This document shows, in pieces, positions 10,764 to 21,468 of a DNA stretch of 64,000 bases (within the stretch, counting starts at the first letter, position 1; every line of letters starts with the position of its first letter). Location: NCBI GenBank assembly GCA_002269645.1, contig NIVC01000090.1, positions 186,001 to 250,000 on the forward strand, read 5' to 3'. The stretch comes from Macrostomum lignano. Lineage: Eukaryota. The notes under the pieces are model-generated. The model saw nothing but the letters and a program-made list of their open reading frames with translations. It searched no databases and had not been told where the DNA came from. The position numbers and the translations under genes are program-made.

Positions 10764-13700
10764 ATGGCAAAGTCTCTATCTGGCGCCAGTTCTGGCAGCC
10801 TGTTCTCATCGTGCACTCTTTACCTGGCTAATCTGCCAGCTCAGGCCACTGCAACAGACATTGCCAGGATGTTTGAACCCATAACTGGTCGCCTAGTTGA
10901 TTGCCAGCTTGGTCAAAGCGGCACTGGTTTGCTGGTCTGTCAGAGGCCTGATCTTGCTGAACGAGCTTACAATACCGAGTTGGCCGTGTTTGGTCGGCCT
11001 ATTATTATTAGATTGCAGCCAGCTCAGATTAGAACTAATCAATCTGCTTATAGTACTGTAAGTAGTAGCAATAGACATCGAAATAATCAGCATCAGAATC
11101 AGGCGCGGCGTCAGCAGCAGCAGCAAAGAAGTCGCCAGAGATGGTCGCAGAATCAACGATGTAGGAATGGTGAGACAAAAACAAACTTGAAATGTTTCAT
11201 GCAGTAAAAGCATTTCCCTGATATCAAGTATTCCTTTCTCGAGCCTTGGCATCTCAGCATCTCCTTTCTCAAGCCTTGACATCTCAGCATCTCCTTTCTC
11301 AAGCCTTGACATCCAGCATATCCTTTCTCAAGCCTTGACATCCAGCATATCCTTTCTCAAGCCTTGACATCTCAGCATCTCCTTTCTCAAGCCTTGACAT
11401 CTCAGCATCTCCTTTCTCAAGCCTTGACATCTCAGCATCTCCTTTCTCAAGCCTTGACATCTCAGAATCTCACTTTCAGCCTTAGCATAATGAAGATTAA
11501 TAAACCTTGAATATGGTGTAGAATCCCATAATTTTTCCAATGTTTCATTCAAATTGTCAGGTACAAGCGCAAAGTCTGATTCAAATACTACTACAACAGA
11601 CGAGAGTCGCCTCTGTAGCCAAGCAAACAGAGCATTAAATCTTAATCAGAAATCAACTAGCAACAGCTCCGATACAGTAGAATCTAGCCTGCGCTGTTCT
11701 AGGCAAGCCTTGGAACTGGCTATACGCGAGAGAAACACCGCTAAGCTAGAAGCCGTAGCTGCAAAATGGCCAGGCGGTACTGCTGCATTTGCCGAATTCT
11801 GTTCAGTGAATTCTGGTGCCGGATACAGAGGCACCGGGTTCTTGCCTCTGGTGCATGATTTAGTGTCCGAGGCTAGAAAGCCAAAGGAATTGCTGCTACA
11901 GCTGATTGAGTGCTGCAGAGTCGGACTGGACGAGAAGCAGGTGAGTTACCATGTATGCTAAATTGGTTCTTCACTGATGTACCTTACTGGGGTTAGTGTG
12001 ATTCACCGATGTAAATGTACGGGATTTGTGATTCACTGATGTACCTACGTGGGATTAGTGTAATTCACTGATGTACATGCATGGGATTAGTGTGATTCAC
12101 TGATGTACCTACGTGGAATTAGTGTGATTCACTGATGTACATGCATGGGATTAGTGTGATTCACTGATGTACCTACGTGGAATTAGTGTGATTCACTGAT
12201 GTACCTACATGGGATTAGTGTGATTCACTGATGTACCTACATGGGATTAGTGTGATTCACTAATGTACCTACATGGGATTAGTGTGATTCACTAATGTAC
12301 CTACATGGGATTAGTGTAATTCACTGATGTACATGCATGGGATTAGTGTGATTCACTGATGTACCTACATGGAATTAGTTTGATTCACTGATGTACCTAC
12401 AAGGAATTAGTTTGATTCACTGATGTACCTACAAGGAATTAGTTTGATTCACTGATGTACCTACAAGGAATTAGTTTGATTCACTGATGTACCTACAAGG
12501 AATTAGTGTGATTCACTGATGTACCTACAAGGAATTAGTTTGATTCACTGATGTACCTACAAGGAATTAGTTTGATTCACTGATGTATCTACAAGGAATT
12601 GGTATGATTCACTGATGTACCTACAAGGAATTAGTTTGATTCACTGATGTACCTACAAGGAATTGGTGTGATTCACTGATGTACCTACGTGGGATTAGTA
12701 TGATTCACTGATGTACCTACAAGGAATTAGTTTGATTCACTGATGTACCTACAAGGAATTAGTATGATTCACTGATGTACCTACAAGGAATTAGTTTGAT
12801 TCACTGATGTACCTACAAGGAATTAGTATGATTCACTGATGTACCTACAAGGAATTAGTTTGATTCACTGATGTACCTACAAGGAATTAGTTTGATTCAC
12901 TGATGTACCTACAAGGAATTAGTTTGATTCACTAGTTCATTAATTATTAATACTGTAAACTAACCAGGCCGCAGACACAGTGAATCGCTTAGTGAACAGT
13001 CGGGATCAGTACGGCTTCACGCCGCTTCACCGAGCCGTTCGCAGCGGTTCAGACGAGGCCGCCGAAATTCTATTGGCTAACGGAGCCGATGCCACCGCTG
13101 TGACTGACAGAGATCGTAGGACAGCATTGCACATTCACCTGTGGCTGGGTTGCGGCCCATTGGCTTATCGACTGTTAGACTCTGGCGCTGATCCTGACGC
13201 GTGTGATGCTGACAACTGGACACCGCTGCATTGGTGCGCTAAGAATGCTCACCTGGATTTTGCAAAGCATCTGATTTGCAAGCGGGGTGTAAGACTTTTT
13301 CGGTGAGTTGTGAGTCTTTTCATTTAGAATGTTACAGGCATGAAATTTAGGGTTTAGAAGTAAGTCTGAAGGTTTAGGTTTAAGGGGTCATTGAGGCTGA
13401 AAATTTAGGTTTACGGAGTCATTAACGCTAAAAAAATTTAAGTTTTTGGAGTCGTTGAAGCTGAAAATTTAGGTCTATGGGGTCATTGAGGCTTAAAATT
13501 TAGATTTATGGGGTCATTAAAGCTAAAAATTTTGGTTTATCGGGTCATTAAAGCAAAAAATTTAGGTTTATAGAGTCACTAAAGCTAAAAATTTAGGTTT
13601 ATTGGGTCATTAAAGCTGAAAATTTAGGTTTATGGGGTCATTAAAGCTGAAAATTTAGGTTTATTGGGTCATTAAAGCTGAAAATTTAGGTTTATGGGGT

Positions 13701-14664
13701 CATTAAAGCTGAAAATTTAGGTTTATTAATTGGGTCATTAAAGCTGAAAATTTAGGTTTATGGGGTCATTAAAGCTGAAAATTTAGGTTTATTGGGTCAT
13801 TAAAGCTGAAAATTTAGGTTTATGGGGTCATTAAAGCTGAAAATTTAGGTTTATTAATTGGGTCATTAAAGCTGAAAATTTAGGTTTATGGGGTCATTAT
13901 AGCTGAAAATTTAGGTTTATTGGGTCATTAAAGCTGAAAATTTTGGTTTATAGGGTCATTAAAGGTAGATAAATGTTTTCACAAATCATTGGAAGAACAT
14001 TTTAACACAATCGTTTAAAATCCTATGAAATTTAAGTTTTCAACCAGGTAATCCTTCGAAAAACATTTATAACATTTCAAGTTCCCAGGGCTGCACACTG
14101 AGCCCGCTGAAGCTTTGTCTGCAACAGATCAACCAGTGTGTGAACGGTCCGATGGCTCGAACTCAACAGCAGCAACAACCGCAGCAGCAGCAGCAGCAAA
14201 ATGTTCTCCAGTCTCTGTTCGCCATCGCCCGCCTGCTGCTCCGACACGGTGCCGTTCTGCCGGCGCAGTCGTTCCTAGCTGACTGGCTTGTGGCCACCAG
14301 CAACGACAATGTCGGTTGGTCGCCTCAAAATTCGACTGCTCAGCGCTATACTCAACTGGTTCACCTGCTAGCTGCTGAAGGTGCCGACTATGTTGTTCTT
14401 GAGGACGTTGACTCTGATGCCGTTGTCGAACCTGCCGACGATGTCGGCGTCAGAACGCCAAGATCGCTTGTCCAACTGTGCCGACTCAGCATTCGATCCC
14501 GGCTTCGACTTCTAAGCGGCGGTCGTAGCATTCTGAGTCGATTGAATCGGCTTCCGTTGCCACCCAGATTGTTGCGGCTTGTAGATTTGCCAGATCTGGC
14601 TGCTGGGGATGGCGGAGAAAATGGAGATTTCACCTGTGCTTTAGATGTGCAGTATCGGGAGTGA
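10764..14664 (+). CDS. RRM-like + ankyrin-repeat + C-terminal SOCS-box protein (ASB-like), 4 exons
   Basis: Exons 10764-11169 (phase 1), 11561-11940 (phase 0), 12968-13288 and 14089-14664. The third donor is uncertain: the stronger donor at 13303 is out of phase with the 14088 acceptor. RRM-like TLYLANLPAQAT; ankyrin motifs YGFTPLHRAV and DNWTPLHWCA; SOCS box PRSLVQLCRLSIRSRL...LPLPPRLLRLV. Confidence 0.8.
11236..11470. repeat. 30-bp intronic minisatellite (agccttgacatctcagcatctcctttctca)
   Basis: About 8 tandem copies; the 10-aa periodic ORFs on the minus strand match this period. Confidence 0.95.
11975..12930. repeat. 32-bp intronic minisatellite (ctgatgtacctacaaggaattagtttgattca)
   Basis: About 29 tandem copies filling intron 2 of gene 1. 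Confidence 0.95.
13360..13965. repeat. 31-32-bp intronic minisatellite (gggtcattaaagctgaaaatttaggtttat)
   Basis: Tandem array with degenerate 5' copies in intron 3 of gene 1. Confidence 0.95.
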
Positions 14665-14694
14665 CTTTTTTCAACTTGAAAATGTTGCTTTAGG

Positions 14695-15060
14695 AGTGAA
14701 AATCTAGAGTGACTTTAGGAGTGACATCTAGACATCTAGAGTCACTTTTATGTTTTAAGAGTGACATCTAGAGTGACTTTCAGGAATGACATCTAGAGTG
14801 ACTTTCTGTAGTGAAATCTAGAGTGACCTTCAGGAGTGACATCTAGAGTGACTTTCTGTAGTGAAATCTAAAGTGACTTTTAGGAGTGACATCTAGAGTG
14901 ATTTTCATGAGTGACATCTAGAGTGACTTTCTGTAGTGACATCTAGAGTGACTTTCTGTAGTGACATCTAGAGTGACCTTCAGGAGTGACATCTAGAGTG
15001 AATTTCTGTAGTGACATCTAGAGTGACTTTCAAGAGTGACTCATGAGTGACTCGAGTGAT
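14695..15060. repeat. 25-bp minisatellite (gtgacatctagagtgactttctgta) in the putative 3' UTR of gene 1
   Basis: Tandem copies begin about 30 nt after the stop; an AATAAA lies at 15329-15334. Confidence 0.9.
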
Positions 15061-15521
15061 TTACTAGTGTGACTTAGCAGTGCTTTTCGGCACTGAAGTG
15101 GGACTTACGAGTAACTTATATATGTCCTATACTCAATTTTATTGTTAAGTTATTAGTAATTGTGTCTAAAAACACAAGTTTATTTGTTATAGAAGAATTT
15201 TTATACATTTTTGCTTGTTTTTTTGCTTCTGTAAATATGTTAGCGCTTGGTCAAATTCAATAATCGCTATTAAAAGATGTACGTATAGATTTTTTGGTTT
15301 TGTTTTCAAATGTTTCAAATTAATTTACAATAAAACAATTAAATTGAAAATTTGTTTTAAAAAGAAGTCTTTATTTTACGCAATTTATTTCATAAGATAA
15401 TGTTATACTTTGAAAATTATTTTTGGGTTTGAAGCGAATATCCTAGCTGTACTACTTACAGTAAACCCCAAAAAATTTCAGCCGTATTGATTGCTCTACT
15501 TCTAACGAAAAACAACATAAA

Positions 15522-16474
15522 ATGTCGTCATCAACAACTATTAGTAAAGACAGTGCTGCAGCTGCTTGCAATAATAATTCTTCTTCTTTAACGTCTGGAA
15601 TTTCTGCTTCTATTGCCCCGGTGGTTTTTTCTGTTCCCGATTCTTGCGATGAAACGTCGTCGTCAATAATGACATCGGCACCAACAACAAATGAGCCGCC
15701 AACTGCCGTCCGACGTCAGACAAGTCTTGGCGATTATTTTCCAGCTGAGTTGGCTGTTCGGTCTTCTATTAGTTCACAGCAGCAGCAGCAGCAACATGGC
15801 AAACGTAGACAGCAGCAGCCGCCTCGTCACCGAGTTACTCGTCCAGCGTCGTCTGCTGCCGTCGCCGTAGCCAACGACGATAGCGGCTATGGCGATGTTG
15901 GCGATATTGAAGAGAGAAGGTTGCGGGATTGTTTAGCCTTAGCGTTCACTTCTTCGCCGCGCCAGCAGCAGCAGCAACAACAACAGCCGCATAGCGTAGC
16001 GTCAGCCTCAACATCCGTAGCGCCTCAACTGTTTAACGATCCTTTCGGCCTGGCTAAATTAGCAGATCAAGTTGATAAAGATGTCGGCGTTGTTAATGCT
16101 AACGACGGTCCGCTAAACCAGTCGTCATCGACAAATTCTTCGAGGTCGTCTTCGTCACCATCGACATCGGTGTCGATTGGCAGAACGTCGTTAAGCGACG
16201 AAGACGAACAACCGGTCGATGATGGCAATTCTCAGCGTCTTGGTGCCGATCTTGCAGCCGGAGCCGCTGTCTACAGTGTCGGCGGCGTCGCTTTGTCGAC
16301 GTTCGGTGTCGGTGAATCAACTGAAGATGACGATCGTCTGTTTCTTGCAGCCGGTGCCAATTCACTGTTTGAGTCTTCAATGTTTGTGAGTTGAGCAGGG
16401 AGAATGGCGGGTCTCTGGCTTCTTAGCGACTCTCGGTGTCCGTCTGTCCGTGTGTCTGTCTGTCTGTCTGTTTA

Positions 16475-16521
<47 letters not shown>

Positions 16522-19500
16522 GTGTGTCTGTCTGTGTCTGTATGTCTGTCTGTTTATCTGTGTCTGTCTGTCTGTCTGTCTGTCCCTCCCTGTCCGAGCA
16601 AAACCATTCAACAATCCTCATGCCGCATCATCCCAATTCGCCACTCTGCAGTCCGCCGCTGGCAGCCCGTCTGACCGACCGCTGCATCAACATCGCTTTG
16701 CCGACGGCGCCTTGCGTCGCAGAACCGGCGGCGGCAGCCACCAAGGCGGCAACGACGATCGCGAACTGTTTGTCGGCAATTTAGCCGCCGAAGTGACTAA
16801 CGAAGATTTAGTTCGAATATTTTCTGAATTCGGTCCGCTGAAGTCTGTCGGCATCGCCAAAGATTCCACTAGCGGAGCCTGCAAAGGCTTTGGGTTTCTC
16901 TGCTTTCAGCAGCCTGAATTGGCCGAAACTGTGCTAGAAAGTCCTCGACTGTTCACCCTCTACGGCCGGGTGCTCAGGGTTGACTGGCGGCTTAAGAATC
17001 CCGGTCACCATGGCAACCATGCTAATAGGCGATTATCTTCATCTTCGGGTTGCATTGGCTCGCCTAGGCATTATAATTATCAGCAGGTGCAGCTCGGCGC
17101 CAACCTGACCAATGCTGATGATGCTTCTGTACTGCCATCTGTTGATGATGATGAAGCCGCTAACGGAGGCTGCGGCCTAAACGGCGACTGTCAGCTGTTT
17201 GTCGGCAATTTAGCTTCGGATGTTACCCAAGGCGATCTGCGTCAATATTTTCGACGCTGGGGCGAACTGCTTTATTGCTACGTGATTCGCGATGAGGATG
17301 GCCAGTCCAAGAGATACGGATTCATTACGTTCAAGGTTTGGCTTTTCAGATTGAGGATTGGTTGTGTTTTAGGGTATTTTTTAAGGGATTCAATCTCATA
17401 GGATGAGATCTTCAACCTAATCTCAGGGGTAAGATTGTCCGCATGTCATCTCACGGGTGAGATTGTGAGCATGTCATCTCAGGGGTGAGATTGTGAGCAT
17501 TTCATCTCAGAGGTAAGATTGTGAGCATGTCATCTCACGGGTGAGATTGTCAGTATGTCATCTCAGGGGTAAGATTGTGAGCATGTCATCTCACAGGTGA
17601 GATTGTCAGAATGTCATCTCAGGGGTGAGATTTTCAGAATTTCATCTCAGGGGTGAGATTGCCAGCATGCAGAGTTAGTCAGTTAGTGAATTTATCAACA
17701 AAGATATCGTCCCCAATAAAATCCAGGACCCGAAAGTGGCCGAGCAGCTGATGCAGTCACGATCAAGTCACGTGCTCAAAGGCAAGCGTTTGCGCTTCGA
17801 AATGCCGAAACGCAGTCGCGAGGAAGCGTTCAGCCTCCGGCAGCAGGATGCTTCATCCTCGTCGGCGACTTCAACGCCGAAGACATCGCCGGGTGCTCCG
17901 ACAACTCCGGTTTCTACGAAGCTGTCTCAGCAGCAGGTTGTCTCGCCTGAGCAGAAGCAGTCGGTCCCAGCCGGTCTAGAGCAGAGCTCATCTGATCAGC
18001 TGCCATTGTGGCTGCATCTGCGTTTAATGTCTGACAAGGAGCAGCTGATCCTGTGCCTGCGCAAAGAGCTCGGCTTGTGCGGCCTATTGGCCGAGAGGCG
18101 AATGCGCGAGATTAGCCAGGCCAGGGACCAGGAGGCCCAGCTGATGCGGGTGTACGTGCAGCAATTGGAGGCTCAGGTCAAGGCTCAGACTGCCGAGCTG
18201 GAGACCCTGCGGCACCAGCTGGAGTGTCGGGGCGAACAGGTACTGTATCTGCTTGCTGTGTCTGCTTCTCACTGTGTCTGCTTCTCGCTGTGTCTGCTTC
18301 TCGCTGTGTCTGCTTCTCACTGTGTCTGCTTCTCACTGTGTCTGCTTCTCACTGTCTGCTTCTCACTGTGTCTGCTTCTCACTGTCTGCTTCTCACTGTG
18401 TCTGCTTCTCACTGTGTCTGCTTCTCGCTGTGTCTGCTTCTCACTGTGTCTGCTTCTCACTGTGTCTGCTTCTCACTGTGTCTGCTTCTCACTGTGTCTG
18501 CTTCTCGCTGTGTCTGCTTCTCGCTGTGTCTGCTTCTCACTGTGTCTGCTTCTCGCTGTGTCTGCTTCTCACTGTGTCTGCTTCTCACTGTGTCTGCTTC
18601 TCACTGTGTCTGCTTCTCACTGTGTCTGCTTCTCACTGTGTCTGCTTCTCACTGTGTCTGCTTCTCACTGTGTCTGCTTCTCGCTGTGTCTGCTTCTCAC
18701 TGTGTCTGCTTCTCGCTGTGTCTGCTTCTCACTGTGTCTGCTTCTTGCTGTGTCTGCTTCTCACTGTGTCTGCTTCTCACTGTGTCTGCTTCTCACTGTG
18801 TCTGCTTCTCGCTGTGTCTGCTTCTCACTGTGTCTGCTTCTCACTGTGTCTGCTTCTCACTGTGTCTGCTTCTCACTGTGTCTGCTTCTCACTGTGTCTG
18901 CTTCTCACTGTGTCTGCTTCTCGCTGTCTGCTTCTCACTGTGTCTGCTTCTCACTGTGTCTGCTTCTCACTGTCTGCTTCTCACTGTGTCTGCTTCTCAC
19001 TGTGTCTGCTTCTCGCTGTCTGCTTCTCACTGTGTCTGCTTCTCGCTGTCTGCTTCTCACTGTCTGCTTCTCACTGTGTCTGCTTCTCGCTGTCTGCTTC
19101 TCACTGTGTCTGCTTCTCGCTGTCTGCTTCTCACTGTCTGCTTCTCACTGTGTCTGCTTCTCACTGTGTCTGCTTCTCACTGTCTGCTCCTCACTGTACC
19201 TGCTTCTCGCTGTCTACTTCTCACTGTGTCTGCTTCTCACTGTCTGCTTCTCACTGTGTCTGCTTCTCGCTGTGTCTGCTTCTCGCCGTCTGCTTCTCAC
19301 TGTGTCTGCTTCTCGCTGTGTCTGCTTCTCGCTGTCTGCTTCTCACTGTGTCTGCTTCTCACTGTGTCTGCTTCTCACTGTGTCTGCTTCTCGCTGTCTG
19401 CTTCTCACTGTGTCTGCTTCTCACTGTGTCTGCTTCTCGCTGTCTGCTTCTCACTGTGTCTGCTTCTCGCTGTCTGCTTCTCACTGTCTGCTTCTCACTG

Positions 19501-19878
19501 TGTCTGCTTCTCACTGTGTCTGCTTCTCACTGTCTGCTCCTCACTGTACCTGCTTCTCGCTGTCTACTTCTCACGGTGTCTACTTCTGACAATTCCAATG
19601 CTCAATTGCCACTCACTCTGCAGGTGAAACTTCTGACGGCCAAAACTGAGGCTCTGGCTGTGGAAATTGTCAAGGCCTGGGGCTGCGCAGCTGCCACAGC
19701 CGCTGCCAGCACCAATGGACGGGGCAAAGAGGATTGCGGCGCCTCCGCTGCCGCCGGGCCCGGCGCTGTTGCCGTTTCTGCTTCGCAGCAGCAGCAGAAG
19801 CAGCCGCAGCAGCAGCAGCAACCACCAATGTTTCACCATCAGCACAGACTTCGTCCAGACTCCGGCATCGGACTTTGA
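15522..19878 (+). CDS. RNA-binding protein with two RRM domains, a low-complexity N-terminus and a C-terminal coiled coil (about 771 aa, 4 exons)
   Basis: Exons 15522-16385, 16652-17335, 17727-18239 and 19624-19878, all junctions phase 0. RNP2/RNP1 motifs LFVGNL...KGFGFLCF and LFVGNL...KRYGFITF. Heptad-like segment REISQARDQEAQLMRVYVQQLEAQVKAQTAELETLRHQLE. Confidence 0.85.
16440..16585. repeat. (TGTC)n microsatellite in intron 1 of gene 2
   Basis: Direct inspection. Confidence 0.95.
17400..17670. repeat. 28-bp intronic minisatellite (gagattgtgagcatgtcatctcaggggt)
   Basis: About 9 copies in intron 2 of gene 2. Confidence 0.9.
18245..19590. repeat. 16/14-bp intronic minisatellite (tgtgtctgcttctcac)
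   Basis: Fills intron 3 of gene 2 and produces the spurious CVCFSLCLLLTVSASH ORFs. Confidence 0.95.
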
Positions 19879-21468
19879 AGCTGAATGTAAGACAATTAAT
19901 TGCAAGACAAAATTAATAAACTGTTTTTTTGGAAGGCTCGTCTGCTTTAAATTTTTTTTCGACAAGCAACGCGACTAATTTCTTTTTTTCCATACAATTT
20001 TTCGTCTTGTTTTCGCTTTCTCATTATTAATCCCCAGGATTTTCGGTCATTGTTTTGCGTTTTTTCAGTGAGTTAAGCAGGTTTTAGAAGTTTATCATTT
20101 TTTCATTTCTTTCCGTCTTTCTATACAACATTTATATAGTTTTTTTTCTTTAGCTAGATAAGTTTGACTTGAACATGACATACTGATATTAACTGTAGTT
20201 CGTTCATCCATCATTTACAGTTGAACACACGAGTCCATATTTTCAAGTTTTGTTTATTTTTGTTTATTTGTGAAGCAATTTTGCATTTTCACGCCCGCCT
20301 CACCCAAGCCTCGGTGTTGGTCACTCCCGCTTCGCTTAGTTTCTATGAAGCGCTTTTTCGCCATCCGTTTAAACAAAAACCATCTTCCGGTGTTGGGTAT
20401 ATTTCGTAACTCTTTACTTTAAACTGGTTGCATTTATATGCTTTATGAATGAAACACTTTGATTTATATTGAATTGAGCAGTTGTGCATTTATATGATAG
20501 CTTTATGCTCTGACTTCTTAATCGCATTAATTCATTTATTATTTTTATATAGTAGGAATTAGACCCAAAAACCAGCTGCCAAACCAATTAACGTTTTTCT
20601 CTGTTTTGCCAATTAATTATCTATCATATTTCAGTTTTTTCCATTTTTCTTTATCCTGATTGTTCGCGCGTGTCCATGTTTCCGTCTGTTCACTTAGCAA
20701 CATAATTCAACATCTCTTTGATTTTTGATTGATTGAACAGTTTGGCCAAGTTTTGAAGAAAAAAAACCAACTGTTGGCATGAATAAACATTGCTAAAAGG
20801 GACTGACAAACGACTCTGTGCGTTTATTGACAGAGAAATTTGGTGCATGGAGATTGCAATTTGTTTTTCTTGTTGAGGCATTTTTCAAGAGTTTTCCATT
20901 CAGGACAAAATTGAGATTTCTTTTATCATTTTTTTCATTTATTTCTTATCGAGATGGCATCCCCTACTAAAGAGTAGCAAAGTGAGTAATTTGATGTCAA
21001 AATTTAATGAAAAGCTCACGAAACGAAAAGCTCTTTTTTCTTAGGCTAATAACAATTTGCAAGGTGGAAACCTACATGCGAGGGATTTTTGGCGCGCGTC
21101 GAAGGTTCTAGCAGACCTTTTTATTTTTACTGCTTACCCACATTGTACTTCAATCTGTTGTGCATTTGTACATCTTAAACTGATATTTGCATACTTAGCC
21201 TTGGCCAATGAGAGCTCTTCGTATGATTCAGCAAAAAACGGCGCTTGCCCTGTCCGTTTTCCCTCTCTTACCCTATCTCATCGCTGATTGGCTAGAACTA
21301 GCGAGACATCGTCCACCCCATCGCCTACCCCAAATTGCTGTCTGAATTTAATTATAATTCTTATAATTACCTTATCACACTGGTTGGAGCGATAATTAAA
21401 AGGTCGGCAGTATTTATTGATTGAGCAGTGCGATTGTGCAACACAATACCGGTACATCAAAAGGACAA

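Noticed and set aside
11975-12930. Hammerhead ribozyme array suggested by CTGATG in each unit
   Set aside because: The unit reads CTGATGTA rather than CTGANGA and has no GAAA core or stems.
17736-19878. 617-, 541- and 467-aa ORFs with CVCFSLCLLL repeats as Cys-rich membrane proteins
   Set aside because: The repeat lies between a valid donor (18240) and acceptor (19623) that join in phase, so it is intronic.
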